Origin: an uncultured Comamonadaceae bacterium
Lineage (GTDB): Bacteria; Bacteroidota; Bacteroidia; Flavobacteriales_D; Sanyastnellaceae
Length of the DNA: 64,000 nt
NCBI GenBank assembly: GCA_964390365.1
Contig: CAYMHW010000002.1
Coordinates: forward strand, 7,786-71,785
Direction: 5' to 3'
The translations under genes were made by a program, and so were the position numbers. Shown here one piece after another: positions 20,909 through 31,182 of this stretch (its first letter is position 1; each line of letters begins with the position of its first letter). The notes below the pieces were generated by a model. The model was not told the DNA's origin and searched no databases. It was given only the letters and a program-made list of their open reading frames with translations.

Positions 20909-23704
20909 TCAGAACAACGTGGGTTGGCTGTCGTCCGCCCCTTTCGCTCTCCGCTTCTTGAACGGGGAATCAGCTCCCGCATCCAAACGGGGTGCCTGGG
21001 CCGATGGCAACTCCGGCGGATCGACCGGACCTTCTTCCGCAAGCTCGGGCGTCGGTTCGGGTGTGCGCTTGGGTGCGAATTGGGCGATGTGCTGCTCCAA
21101 TGCCTCCGCCTCACGCTCCTCGTTCGGGTCGTTGAGGGTCACGTCCACGACCGGCAGGGTGCTGAGTTTGTTCCCCAACGCCCGCATGCCCTTCACGGCA
21201 ATGAACTCGTCGAGGGCCACCACTTCATCCTCCCGATCGCGGGTTTCCTTGAAGCGGCGATTGAACCGGACCACCGCTTCTGGATGGAAGAGCGTGGTCG
21301 CCACGCCCAACCGCGATTGCTCGTGGTCGCCGATGAAGCGGAACGGCTTTTGGACAAATTCCGGCAGGAAACGCTTGACGTACCAGTCTTCCTTCTCGCC
21401 TTCGAAATACACAGCACTCACCACCCGGTTGGGATCCCACTTTTCCAAGTGGATCATCTTGTCATCGAAGTGGGTGCTCAAGTCGTAGCCCGAGAAGTGG
21501 TATTCGCCGGTGCTCAGGATGATCAAGATTTGGTCATCCCCACGGAAGTCCCCCAAGAACGTCCCCCGACCATCCGCATTCAACCTCCGAACGGTCTCGT
21601 CGTACCACACCTTCAACGCCCCGAGCGTCGACACCCCCTCCTCGCTCAACTCGATGCGCTTGATGGGGAACTTCGAAACCAGGTTGCCTCCGGCTCCCCG
21701 GCCTTTGATGCCGATTTCTGAAAAGTCCACGTCGAACCGGAGCTTTTTCAGGCGCTGATTCGCCCTCAAGTGCACGGTGACCACTTCCGCCTCGCCATTG
21801 GGGTTGGCCGTGAAGTAAAGGACGCGCGACTTCGCCGCGCCTTTCGTGACGTCGTACTCCTTGTCCCGCGTGATGCTCGTCACCGCGAACCGCTTCACAA
21901 GGCTTCGGCCGGTGGCCCCGTCTTGGTAAATGCAGTTGTACGTCGTGCGGTCATCGCCCTTCTTCCACACCCCGACGTGCAGGATGTCCTTACCGAAAAA
22001 CGCCTTTTGCGTCACCTTGCTCACGGAGAACTTTCCGTCCTTCCGGAAGACAATGATGTCGTCGATGTCGCTGCAATCGCAGACGTATTCCCCTTCGCCT
22101 CGCTTCATGCCCGTTCCGACGAAGCCCTCCTCGTAATTCGCATAAAGCTTGACGTTCGCCACCGCCACCTCGGCCGCCGAAATGGTATCGAACGTGCGCA
22201 GTTCCGTCTTGCGCTCGCGTCCTTTCCCGTATTTCTTTTTCAGCATCCGGAACCACTCGATGGCGTATTCCGTGAGGTGGTCCAAATGGTGGCGCACCTG
22301 CGCAATGTTCTCCTCCAACGAAGCGATGTATTGGTCCGCCTTGAACCCATCGAACTTCGAAATCCGCTTGATCTTGATTTCCGTCAACCGGGTCACGTCC
22401 TCATCCGTAACCGCCCGCACCAAATGCTTCACGTGCGGTTCCAACCCTTTGTGGATGGAGCTGAGGATTTCCTCCCACGTCTCGCACTCCTCGATGTCGC
22501 GGTAGATGCGGTTTTCGATGAAGATCTTTTCCAGCGAAGCGAAGTGCCATTTCTCCTGCAACTCGCCGAGCTCGATTTCCAACTCCCGCTTCAGCAATTC
22601 CCGCGTGGCGTCCGCGGAAATCTTCAACAGCTCCCGAACGCCCAAGAAATGCGGCTTGTCGTTCAAAATGACCACGGAGTTGGGCGCGAGGCTCACTTCG
22701 CAGTCGGTGAAGGCGTAGAGGGCGTCGATGGTCTTGTCCGGGGAAACGTTGTTGGCCAAATGAATGACCACCTCCACGAGTTCAGCGGTGTTGTCCTCGA
22801 CCTTTTTGATCTTGATCTTGCCTTTCTCGTTGGCCTTCAAGATGCTGTCTATCAGCGAGCCCGTCGTCACGCCAAAGGGCAATTCCCGGACGATGAGCGT
22901 TTTCGCATCTTCCTTCTCGATGCGCGCACGCACGCGCACCCGACCGCCACGGAGGCCGTCGTTGTAGTTCTCCACGTCCGCCATGCCTCCGGTCGGGAAG
23001 TCCGGAACGAGGGTGAAGGATTTGCCCTGCAGCGCCGCCACGCTCGCGTCGAGGAGCTCGATGAAATTGTGCGGCAACGTTTTGCAGGCCAACCCCACGG
23101 CAATGCCTTCCACCCCCGAAGCGAGCAAGAGCGGGAACTTCACCGGTAAGGTCTCCGGTTCCCGGTTGCGGCCATCGTAGCTCGCGAGCCAATTCGTGGT
23201 CTTCGCGTTGAAGCAGACTTCCTTGCCGAATTTGCTCAGGCGCACCTCGATGTAACGCGGAGCAGCAGCGCGGTCGCCCGTCAGGATGTTGCCCCAGTTT
23301 CCCTGGCAGTCGAGGAGCAATTCCCGCTGTCCGATTTGGACCATGGCATCTCCGATGCTCGCATCCCCGTGCGGGTGATACTTCATCGTGTTTCCGATGA
23401 CGTTGGCCACCTTGTGGAAACGGCCATCGTCCATCTCATTGAGGCTGTGCAAGATGCGGCGTTGCACCGGCTTGAGCCCGTCGTTCTGGTGCGGCACCGC
23501 CCGTTCCAAGATGACGTACGACGCGTAATCGAGGAAGTAGTCGTTGTACATGCCGCTCACTTTGATGACGCGCTCCAACTCCTCCCCTTCCCTCACATCG
23601 TCATCCAAGACTTCCGCCTCCTCCACCTCATCGGCTTCCTCGCGCGGCTCCTGCTGTTCCGAGCCCTCCAGCTCGTCGTTCGGTTCTTCTGGAAATTCAC
23701 TCAT
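20909..23704 (-). CDS. parC: DNA topoisomerase IV subunit A (GyrA/ParC family)
   Basis: 931 aa. [19 protein letters not shown], catalytic-Tyr context [10 protein letters not shown], acidic N- and C-terminal tails. ATGA overlap with the upstream parE-like gene. Confidence 0.85.
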   Translation of the reverse strand: MSEFPEEPNDELEGSEQQEPREEADEVEEAEVLDDDVREGEELERVIKVSGMYNDYFLDYASYVILERAVPHQNDGLKPVQRRILHSLNEMDDGRFHKVANVIGNTMKYHPHGDASIGDAMVQIGQRELLLDCQGNWGNILTGDRAAAPRYIEVRLSKFGKEVCFNAKTTNWLASYDGRNREPETLPVKFPLLLASGVEGIAVGLACKTLPHNFIELLDASVAALQGKSFTLVPDFPTGGMADVENYNDGLRGGRVRVRARIEKEDAKTLIVRELPFGVTTGSLIDSILKANEKGKIKIKKVEDNTAELVEVVIHLANNVSPDKTIDALYAFTDCEVSLAPNSVVILNDKPHFLGVRELLKISADATRELLKRELEIELGELQEKWHFASLEKIFIENRIYRDIEECETWEEILSSIHKGLEPHVKHLVRAVTDEDVTRLTEIKIKRISKFDGFKADQYIASLEENIAQVRHHLDHLTEYAIEWFRMLKKKYGKGRERKTELRTFDTISAAEVAVANVKLYANYEEGFVGTGMKRGEGEYVCDCSDIDDIIVFRKDGKFSVSKVTQKAFFGKDILHVGVWKKGDDRTTYNCIYQDGATGRSLVKRFAVTSITRDKEYDVTKGAAKSRVLYFTANPNGEAEVVTVHLRANQRLKKLRFDVDFSEIGIKGRGAGGNLVSKFPIKRIELSEEGVSTLGALKVWYDETVRRLNADGRGTFLGDFRGDDQILIILSTGEYHFSGYDLSTHFDDKMIHLEKWDPNRVVSAVYFEGEKEDWYVKRFLPEFVQKPFRFIGDHEQSRLGVATTLFHPEAVVRFNRRFKETRDREDEVVALDEFIAVKGMRALGNKLSTLPVVDVTLNDPNEEREAEALEQHIAQFAPKRTPEPTPELAEEGPVDPPELPSAQAPRLDAGADSPFKKRRAKGADDSQPTLF

Positions 23705-25554
23705 GCCACTTCGTCCTTTTCGACGCGCAGGTTTTCAATGATGAATTGCTGGCGATCCGGCGTGTTGGCCCCCATGAAGAAGGTCAACAAGTCCTGGATG
23801 CCGCTGTCCTTGCCGATGACCACCGGGTCCAAGCGGATGTCCTCCCCGATGAAGTTGCTGAACTCATCCGGGCTGATCTCACCCAATCCCTTGAATCGGG
23901 TGATTTCGGGATTTTTTCCCAGTTCCGCCATCGCGGCCAGCTTCTCTTCCTCGCTGTAGCAGTAAATGGTTTTCTGCTTGTTGCGGACGCGGAAGAGCGG
24001 GGTTTGGAGCACATACAGGTGCCCTTTCTTGACCAAATCCGGGAAGAATTGCAAGAAAAACGTGATGAGCAACAGGCGGATGTGCATCCCGTCCACGTCG
24101 GCATCCGTCGCGATGACCACGTTGTTGTAGCGCAACGTATCGAGGCCGTCTTCGATGTCGAGGGCAGCTTGGAGCAGGTTGAACTCCTCGTTCTCGTACA
24201 CCACCTTCTTCGTCTTCCCGAAGCAATTGAGCGGCTTACCCTTCAACGAGAACACCGCTTGCGTCTTGACGTCGCGGGCCTTCGTGATGGAGCCGGAAGC
24301 GGAATCGCCCTCCGTGATGAACAGGGTCGTCGCTTCGCGCAAGTCGTTCTTGTCGGACAAGTGAACGCGGCAATCGCGCAGCTTGCGGTTGTGCAGCGAA
24401 GCCTTCTTCGCGCGGTCGCGAGCCAGCTTCTTGATGCCGGCCAAATCCTTGCGCTCCCGCTCCGACTGCAAGATCCGCGCTTGCAAGGCCGTGGCGATTT
24501 CGGGATTGCGGTGCAGGAAGTTGTCCAAATCGCGCTTGAGGAAATCGTACACGAAACTCTTGAGCGTGGGGCGATCGGGACCGACTTCGGTGGAGCCGAG
24601 TTTGGTCTTGGTTTGGCTTTCAAACACCGGCTCCTCCACCTTCACCGAAATGGCAGCCTTGATGCCCGAACGGATGTCCGAGCCGTCGTAGTCCTTGCCG
24701 AAAAAGTCCCGCACCACGCGGACCACCGCCTCCCGGAAGGCGCTCTGGTGGGTGCCGCCTTGGGACGTGAACTGGCCGTTGACGAAACTTTGGTAATCCT
24801 CCCCGTAAGCATCCGTGTGCGTGATCGCCACCTCGATGTCCTCGCCTTTCAAATGGATAATGGGATAGCGCGGCTCGGTGTCCAAGTCGTTCGTAAGCAG
24901 GTCCTTGAGCCCGTTTTCGCTTTTGAACTTTTCCCCATTCAGGTAAAGCGAAAGTCCCGTGTTCAAATAAGCGTAGTTCCAAAGCAAGCGCTCCACGTAT
25001 TCCATGCGGAACCGGTAACCTTTGAACACGGTGAGGTCCGGGCGGAACACGATGAGTGTTCCGTTGCGCTCCTCCGACGCCTCCACGCCCGACTCCTCCA
25101 ACAACTCGCCCGTTTCGAACCGCGCCAGTTTCCGCTGGCCTTCGCGGTAGCTTTCCACCGAGAACGACTCGGACAAGGCGTTCACTGCCTTCGTACCGAC
25201 CCCGTTGAGGCCGACGGACTTCTTGAACGCACGCGAATCGTACTTCCCGCCGGTGTTGATCTTCGACACGCAATCCACCACCTTCCCGAGCGGAATGCCC
25301 CGACCGTAGTCGCGCACCCGCACCTCGCCGTCCTTGATGGTGACGCGGATGCTCTTGCCATGCCCCATCGCGTGTTCGTCGATGCTGTTGTCGATCACCT
25401 CCTTCAACAGGACGTAAATCCCATCGTCCGCCGACTGGCCGTCGCCGAGTTTACCGATGTACATCCCCGGACGCATCCGGATGTGCTCCTTCCAATCCAG
25501 GGAGCGGATGTTGTCTTCGTTGTACGTTACTTGTTCGTTCGCCTGTTCCGTCAT
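23701..25554 (-). CDS. parE: DNA topoisomerase IV subunit B (GyrB/ParE family)
   Basis: 617 aa. GHKL N-box EVIDNSIDE, Toprim [18 protein letters not shown]. Short form typical of ParE. Confidence 0.85.
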   Translation of the reverse strand: MTEQANEQVTYNEDNIRSLDWKEHIRMRPGMYIGKLGDGQSADDGIYVLLKEVIDNSIDEHAMGHGKSIRVTIKDGEVRVRDYGRGIPLGKVVDCVSKINTGGKYDSRAFKKSVGLNGVGTKAVNALSESFSVESYREGQRKLARFETGELLEESGVEASEERNGTLIVFRPDLTVFKGYRFRMEYVERLLWNYAYLNTGLSLYLNGEKFKSENGLKDLLTNDLDTEPRYPIIHLKGEDIEVAITHTDAYGEDYQSFVNGQFTSQGGTHQSAFREAVVRVVRDFFGKDYDGSDIRSGIKAAISVKVEEPVFESQTKTKLGSTEVGPDRPTLKSFVYDFLKRDLDNFLHRNPEIATALQARILQSERERKDLAGIKKLARDRAKKASLHNRKLRDCRVHLSDKNDLREATTLFITEGDSASGSITKARDVKTQAVFSLKGKPLNCFGKTKKVVYENEEFNLLQAALDIEDGLDTLRYNNVVIATDADVDGMHIRLLLITFFLQFFPDLVKKGHLYVLQTPLFRVRNKQKTIYCYSEEEKLAAMAELGKNPEITRFKGLGEISPDEFSNFIGEDIRLDPVVIGKDSGIQDLLTFFMGANTPDRQQFIIENLRVEKDEVA

Positions 25555-25561
25555 CTCGCTT

Positions 25562-25569
25562 CAAACTTA
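25562..25569 (-). promoter_or_regulatory. Candidate -7 box TAAGTTTG 7 nt upstream of the parE ATG
   Basis: Perfect TAnnTTTG on the reverse strand. Confidence 0.4.
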
Positions 25570-25710
25570 CTGCCTTATGACGAAGCGCAGGCCGCTGTGA
25601 AAGGCCAAATTATCCACAACGCCACCGACCGCAACCGCCCACTTTGCAGACGGAGGTCCGGAGTTTGCAGGCGTTGGCTTCGGGGATTCGGGCGGGGAGG
25701 TTGGGGGTTG

Positions 25711-25718
25711 TAAATTTG
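25711..25718 (+). promoter_or_regulatory. Candidate -7 box TAAATTTG 16 nt upstream of the pepD ATG
   Basis: Perfect TAnnTTTG in the parE/pepD divergent gap. Confidence 0.45.
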
Positions 25719-25734
25719 GCCCAAAACCCATCCC

Positions 25735-27201
25735 ATGAGCTCAGCCATTGCCGCCCTCGAACCCCAAGCCCTCTGGAAGCACTTCGCCGACCTGAACGCC
25801 ATCCCACGCCCGTCGAAGCACGAGGAACGCGTGGTGGAGTGGGTGATGGAATTTGGCCGAAGCCGCAACCTGGAAACCGCGCTCGACGAAGTGGGCAACG
25901 TGCTCATCAAGAAACCCGCGACCGCGGGCATGGAAAACCGCGCGACCGTCGTGCTCCAAAGCCACCTCGACATGGTGTGCCAAAAGAACAACGACACCGA
26001 CTTTGACTTCATGACAGAAGGCATCCGCATGCGCGTCGACGGCGACTGGGTGAAGGCGGAAGGCACCACCCTCGGCGCCGACAACGGCATCGGCGTGGCG
26101 GCCATCCTCGGCTTGCTCGACTCGAAGGACATTCCGCACCCGGCCTTGGAAGCCTTGTTCACCATCGATGAGGAAACTGGCATGACCGGGGCGCTGGGAT
26201 TGCAAGGCGGGTTCCTCTCCGGTTCCATCTTGCTCAACCTCGACACGGAAGACGACGATGAAATCTCCATCGGCTGCGCGGGGGGAGTGGACGTGACCTC
26301 GACGTGCACCTACGAGGCCGAGCAAGTGGCCGCGGGCACCACAGGGCTGACCTTGACGGTCAAGGGCGGGAGCGGCGGCCACTCCGGCATGGACATTCAC
26401 AAGGGCCTCGCGAACGCGAACAAAATCATGAACCGGCTCCTGCTCGTGGCCTCCGACTCGGTCGATTTCCGCATCGCTTCCATCGACGGCGGCGGTTTGC
26501 GGAACGCCATTCCTCGTGAATCGTCAGCGGTGCTGGCCTTGGCTGCGGAAGACGTCGCGGACTTCAAGGAAGCGATGGCGGCCTACTTCGAAGGCGTCAA
26601 GGCCGAGTACGCGACCACGGACCCGGACCTGACCTTGGTGATGGCGGACGCTCCAGCTCCCGCTGAAGCCCTGCCCGAGGCGACGCAAGAAGCGCTGTTG
26701 CTCGCCATCCAAGCCTGCCCGGTCGGCATCCACCGGATGAGCCCGGATTTGGATGACCTCGTCCAAACCTCGAACAACCTCGCCCGCGTGCAAATCGGAG
26801 GCGGATCGGTCACCATCCAATGCCTCTGCCGGAGCAGCGTGGACACCGAGAAATGGGACCATGCGCGCAGCATCCAAGCGTCCTTCGCGCTTGCGGGGCT
26901 CGAAACCGAGTTCAGCGGAAGCTACCCGGGTTGGACGCCCAACCCCCACTCGGCCATTGTGTCGTTGCTGAAGGACCTCTACGTCGAGCGTTACGCGGAA
27001 CAGCCGAACGTGCTGGCCTGCCATGCCGGGTTGGAGTGCGGCATCTTGGGGACGAATTACCCGGGCATGGACATGGTGAGCTTCGGTCCCAACATCCGAG
27101 GAGCCCACAGCCCCGACGAACGCGTTCAAATCAGCTCGGTTCAGAAATTCTGGGGCTACCTCTTGGACGCCTTGACCCGCATTCCCGAAGCCCATGCCTG
27201 A
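25735..27201 (+). CDS. pepD: Aminoacyl-histidine (Xaa-His) dipeptidase, M20C
   Basis: 488 aa. N-terminus LWKHFADLNAIPRPSKHEERV, QSHLDMV, TIDEETGMTGA blocks. Confidence 0.9.
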   Translation: MSSAIAALEPQALWKHFADLNAIPRPSKHEERVVEWVMEFGRSRNLETALDEVGNVLIKKPATAGMENRATVVLQSHLDMVCQKNNDTDFDFMTEGIRMRVDGDWVKAEGTTLGADNGIGVAAILGLLDSKDIPHPALEALFTIDEETGMTGALGLQGGFLSGSILLNLDTEDDDEISIGCAGGVDVTSTCTYEAEQVAAGTTGLTLTVKGGSGGHSGMDIHKGLANANKIMNRLLLVASDSVDFRIASIDGGGLRNAIPRESSAVLALAAEDVADFKEAMAAYFEGVKAEYATTDPDLTLVMADAPAPAEALPEATQEALLLAIQACPVGIHRMSPDLDDLVQTSNNLARVQIGGGSVTIQCLCRSSVDTEKWDHARSIQASFALAGLETEFSGSYPGWTPNPHSAIVSLLKDLYVERYAEQPNVLACHAGLECGILGTNYPGMDMVSFGPNIRGAHSPDERVQISSVQKFWGYLLDALTRIPEAHA

Positions 27202-27967
27202 TCGTCCGCTCATTCTGGTCGTCAACGACGACGGCATCACCGCTCCGGGCATCACGGCCTTGGCGAGCGAAATGATGGCCTTTGGCGATGTCTGGGTGGT
27301 TGCGCCCGACAGCCCGCAATCCGGGATGGGGCATGCCGTGACCATCGGCAACATCCTGCGCCTTGAAGAAGCGTTCTTCCCTGTGGAAGGGGTACGCGCC
27401 CATTCCACCACTGGAACGCCCGTGGACTGCGTGAAGTTGGCCATTCACCGCATCCTGCACCGCAAGCCCGACTTGCTCGTGAGCGGCATCAACCACGGTT
27501 CGAACAGCTCCATCAACGTCATTTACAGCGGAACCATGTCGGCCGCCGTGGAAGGTGCGGTGGAAGGGATTCCGTCCATCGGATTCAGCTTGTTGGACCA
27601 CGCGAAGACCGCGGACTTCTCGGCGGCCCGGGAAGCCGCCAGGCGGATCGTGCCGCAAGTGCTTGAACACGGTTTGCCCACGGGCACATGTCTGAACGTG
27701 AACATCCCGAAACTTCCCTGGAGCCAAATCAAAGGCATCAAGGTGTGTCGGCAGTCCGCAGGGTACTGGGACGAGGCGTTTGAGGAGCGGCAATCGCCTG
27801 GAGGCAGCACGTATTACTGGATGAGCGGCAAGTTCACGAATCCCGACCACGGTGAGGACACGGACGAATGGGCTTTGGAACATGGCTACGTGAGCGTGGT
27901 GCCCACGCAGTTCGACTTGACGGCACACCACGCAATTGCCCGGTTGAATCAATGGGATTGGTCATGA
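27194..27967 (+). CDS. surE: 5'/3'-nucleotidase SurE
   Basis: 257 aa. LILVVNDDGITAPGI and GINHGSN motifs. 8-nt overlap with pepD. Confidence 0.92.
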   Translation: MPDRPLILVVNDDGITAPGITALASEMMAFGDVWVVAPDSPQSGMGHAVTIGNILRLEEAFFPVEGVRAHSTTGTPVDCVKLAIHRILHRKPDLLVSGINHGSNSSINVIYSGTMSAAVEGAVEGIPSIGFSLLDHAKTADFSAAREAARRIVPQVLEHGLPTGTCLNVNIPKLPWSQIKGIKVCRQSAGYWDEAFEERQSPGGSTYYWMSGKFTNPDHGEDTDEWALEHGYVSVVPTQFDLTAHHAIARLNQWDWS

Positions 27968-28281
27968 GCCGGTCGCAATGGGAAACGGTCGGGGGCATCG
28001 GATTGGGGTTGGTGGGAGCCGTGTTGGGACTGGTATTGACGGCAGCGTGGTGGGCTTGGAACACCGGAGACACGATGGCTTTCTTCGTGCGCGAGGTGTT
28101 TTGGAATGGCGGATTGTACCAAGATTCCATTGTCACGGTGAGTGTATTGGTTGACGTGGCGCTGTTTTACGGGCTGTTGCGCTGGGATCGCGAAGCCGTT
28201 GCGCGCGGGGTCATGGCGGTCATCCTGGCCGCGGTCCCCGTGGTGGTCTACCTCCAAATGATCAACTTGGAACCCGCATGA
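27964..28281 (+). CDS. Small integral membrane protein (about 3 TM), hypothetical
   Basis: ATG at 27964 makes an ATGA overlap with the surE stop. Three hydrophobic segments. ATGA overlap with lpxB at the 3' end. Confidence 0.6.
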   Translation: MSRSQWETVGGIGLGLVGAVLGLVLTAAWWAWNTGDTMAFFVREVFWNGGLYQDSIVTVSVLVDVALFYGLLRWDREAVARGVMAVILAAVPVVVYLQMINLEPA

Positions 28282-29375
28282 GGCCGCGCCGCGTGTTCGT
28301 CGTGGCCGGTGAGGCTTCGGGCGATTTGTACGCCGGTCAGGTGGTCCGGGCGCTGTTGAAGCAGCAGCCGGACGTGGAGGTGCGCGGTTGGGGGGGCGAG
28401 GAGCTGATGGCCGCGGGGGCGCAGGTGACCACGCACTACCGGGAGTTGGCTTTCATGGGCTTCCTTGAAGTGGTCCAAAACCTGGGCACCATTCGCCGCA
28501 ACCTGCGCCGTTGCTGGGATGAAATCGTGGCGTTCGAGCCGGATTTGTTCCTCGGCGTGGACTTTCCCGGCTTCAACCTCCGCATCGCTCGCCAGGCCAA
28601 ATCCCACGGCATCGTGGTCCACCACTACATCTCCCCTTCGATTTGGGCTTGGCGCAAAGGACGGCTGCGCACCATCCACCGGGACGTGGACCGCATGTAC
28701 GTCACCCTCCCCTTCGAAACGCCCCTGTACGAGGCGGTGGGCATGGACGTGCAGTTTGTCGGGCACCCTTTGCTCGATGTGCAGGCGATTTCGGATGGCG
28801 GCTGGAGAAGCCAAGTCGGCTTGGCAACGGACCGCCCGCTCGTGGCCCTGTTGCCCGGCTCGCGCACCCAAGAACTCAAGCACATGCTTCCCGTGCTTCA
28901 AGCCGCCGCCGCATTGCTCCCGGACAGCCACCAAGTCGTGGTGGCCGGAGCGCCCGGTCAACCCGCCGAGGCGTATGCGGACGTCCCGTTTCCCGTGGTG
29001 TTTGGCCAAACCAGAGAACTGCTCGCGGCGGCGGATTTCGCCTGGGTCACATCGGGTACGGCCACCCTCGAATCCGCCCTACTCAACACACCACAACTCA
29101 TTGTTTACAAGACAAGTGCAGTGACCTACCTCATCGCCCGTGCGCTCGCGCGCGTTCGCCACATCGGCCTGCCCAACTTGATCGCAAAAGACGACCTCGT
29201 CCCCGAACTCATTCAAGGAGCTTGCACGCCAGAAGCCATCGCCACCCAAAGCAAGGGCTTGCTCGCTGGTGGTGCAGAACGGAAGCGCCAACTCGAAGGA
29301 TACGCATCGCTGCACCGCCTGCTGGGCAACCCCGGAGCGGCAGAGCGCGTGGCCGCAGGAATCCTGAAGCCATGA
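28278..29375 (+). CDS. lpxB: Lipid-A-disaccharide synthase
   Basis: 365 aa. VFVVAGEASGDLYAG N-terminus, GT19-like length and blocks (VTSGTATLE). Confidence 0.9.
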   Translation: MRPRRVFVVAGEASGDLYAGQVVRALLKQQPDVEVRGWGGEELMAAGAQVTTHYRELAFMGFLEVVQNLGTIRRNLRRCWDEIVAFEPDLFLGVDFPGFNLRIARQAKSHGIVVHHYISPSIWAWRKGRLRTIHRDVDRMYVTLPFETPLYEAVGMDVQFVGHPLLDVQAISDGGWRSQVGLATDRPLVALLPGSRTQELKHMLPVLQAAAALLPDSHQVVVAGAPGQPAEAYADVPFPVVFGQTRELLAAADFAWVTSGTATLESALLNTPQLIVYKTSAVTYLIARALARVRHIGLPNLIAKDDLVPELIQGACTPEAIATQSKGLLAGGAERKRQLEGYASLHRLLGNPGAAERVAAGILKP

Positions 29376-30493
29376 CGCGTTGGTGGATTGCATTTTTCGC
29401 AGGCTTGGGCCAAATCGCACTCGCCTGCGCCCAACAATCGGTTCGCGTTGGGCTGTTCGAATCCGAACTGCCGCAATCGGTGGAGGTCTCAACCTTGGCC
29501 GGTGCCCACGAATGGGTGGATGCCCAAGGTCAAGTCATCGCACCCCTGCATCTGAAACAAATCGTCTCGGCCTCCGGCGAACGGCTGAGGCTGGGCGATG
29601 GGACATGGAACTACGTCTACCTCCGCCCCACCGTGCCGCAAAGTCGGGTGCAGCTGCGCGCTCCAGGCAAGTACCCCACCGTGCACACCGGCCGCATCCA
29701 CTTCCTCATGGAGTCCAGCGGCATCCGGTGCGTGCTGGAAGCCGAGTTGGAGTCCTACCTCGAAGGGGTGCTCTCGGCCGAGTCGGGAAAAGGACACCAC
29801 CCCGAATATTACCGGGCCCAAGCCGTGGTCAGCCGAACGTACACCATCCAGGCGATGGGGCGTCACCGCATGCAGGGATTTGATGTGTGCGACGCCGTTC
29901 ATTGCCAAGCCTACCACGGCATCGGAACCGTGAACGACACCCTCCGGGAAGCCGTCGCATCCACCCGCGGCACGTTGTTGGTCGATCGCCAAGGACGCCC
30001 CATCACCGCAGCGTTTCACTCGAATTGTGGAGGCCAAACCCAAGGCGCAGAAAACGTTTGGCAACGACCGCTCAATTATTTGGTCGGGGTCTCGGATACG
30101 TTTTGCCTCGCCATGCCCCATGCACAATGGACGCGCACCGTTCCTTCGGCAGCATGGCGCGATTGGCTCGACCAACGCCGAGCGGGCTCCAGCGAACGCA
30201 CGACCTTCCTGCCCAACGAACGCTTTGACGCCCTGCCCGACAGCGGTTCCCGTGTGCGCGCCATCGAGGCCCGCAGCGCATTCGGCTTGCAATCCAGCTA
30301 CTTCGTAGCGGTGGATGACGGCGCTGAGGTGCGGTTCATGGGACAGGGATTTGGCCACGGTGTGGGCCTGTGTCAAGAGGGAGCCATGCAGCGCGCCCTG
30401 CACGGCCAAACCTACGACCGCATCCTGCACCATTACTACACGGGCGTGCGACTCACCTCGCTCGAATCCCTCAACTACTTCCGCGGGGATTGA
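29372..30493 (+). CDS. SpoIID/LytB domain protein
   Basis: ATG at 29372 (ATGA overlap with lpxB) gives signal peptide MTRWWIAFFAGLGQIALACAQ. SpoIID blocks YLEGVLSAE, AQAVVSRTY, FHSNCGGQT, GHGVGLCQEGA. The track start at 28643 lies inside lpxB. Confidence 0.85.
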   Translation: MTRWWIAFFAGLGQIALACAQQSVRVGLFESELPQSVEVSTLAGAHEWVDAQGQVIAPLHLKQIVSASGERLRLGDGTWNYVYLRPTVPQSRVQLRAPGKYPTVHTGRIHFLMESSGIRCVLEAELESYLEGVLSAESGKGHHPEYYRAQAVVSRTYTIQAMGRHRMQGFDVCDAVHCQAYHGIGTVNDTLREAVASTRGTLLVDRQGRPITAAFHSNCGGQTQGAENVWQRPLNYLVGVSDTFCLAMPHAQWTRTVPSAAWRDWLDQRRAGSSERTTFLPNERFDALPDSGSRVRAIEARSAFGLQSSYFVAVDDGAEVRFMGQGFGHGVGLCQEGAMQRALHGQTYDRILHHYYTGVRLTSLESLNYFRGD

Positions 30494-30535
30494 GCGATGG
30501 AACCCCAAGGCCCTCCTTTCCGTAAGCACAAGCAC

Positions 30536-31177
30536 ATGCTGAAATTCACCCTCCCCGCCCTGTCGTTCCTGCTGACCCTGAGCACTGCCTCAGTGGTTTG
30601 GGGGCAGGCGACCGTTGCTGCACTGAACCAAAACCGGCTTTGGGCAGGCATCGAGAACCCGGTCAACATCACGAGCGTGGCCCCCTTTGATGACGTTCGG
30701 ATCACGGGAGGCGAAGCGGTGGACCTCGAATTCAAGGGGGACCGGCACGCCAGCCTCGCCATCGTTCCCGACCCCGATGCGGAATCGGTGAGCGTGGCGA
30801 TGCGACTCGGCGACGCCACCGCCACTTCGGCCGCTGTGTTCCGAGTGGAAGCATTGCCCCAGCCCGTGGTTCGGTTTGGGCGGGCTGAACCCGGTGACTC
30901 CCTGACGGCAGAAACCCTTGCGTCCGCCGCTTTGACCGCACGGGTGCCCGAATTGGATGAAGACCTCGCGTTGATTTGGCATGGCTTCAGCCTGAGCATC
31001 TTGGTTGACGGTGAACTCGAACACTACGCGAGCGAAAACGACCAGCTCACCTCGGCCATGCGCACGGCGCTCGCGGAGGCTCCACAGGGTACGAGTTTGT
31101 TCTTCAACAGGCTGGCCCTCGAGACTCCGGATGGCAAGCGCCACGAAGCCCCGAACATCCTCCTGTTCAAGCGTTAA
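30536..31177 (+). CDS. Stand-alone GldM C-terminal-domain-like secreted protein
   Basis: ATG at 30536 gives a signal peptide. NRLWAGIENPVNITS, FRVEALPQPVVRFG and LFFNRLALETPDGKRHEAPNILL parallel GldM_C blocks as I recall them (from memory, not a search). Confidence 0.55.
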   Translation: MLKFTLPALSFLLTLSTASVVWGQATVAALNQNRLWAGIENPVNITSVAPFDDVRITGGEAVDLEFKGDRHASLAIVPDPDAESVSVAMRLGDATATSAAVFRVEALPQPVVRFGRAEPGDSLTAETLASAALTARVPELDEDLALIWHGFSLSILVDGELEHYASENDQLTSAMRTALAEAPQGTSLFFNRLALETPDGKRHEAPNILLFKR

Positions 31178-31182
31178 TCCGG

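Noticed and set aside
19536-25713. Plus-strand ORFs 19536..20888, 20924..21721, 21770..23149 and 23746..25713
   Set aside because: They are antisense shadows of the amylase, parC and parE genes, with the same compositional signature and no motifs. The sense-strand genes are unambiguous.
28643-30493. Over-extended N-termini in the track (28643, and likewise 2159, 6404, 27868, 32735, 46635, 48284, 51461, 51999..52898, 55983, 60639..61787, 31183..32940)
   Set aside because: The extensions overlap the preceding gene and are Arg/Pro-rich. In each case an internal ATG gives a signal peptide or the canonical family N-terminus, often with an ATGA overlap or a TAnnTTTG box at a sensible distance.
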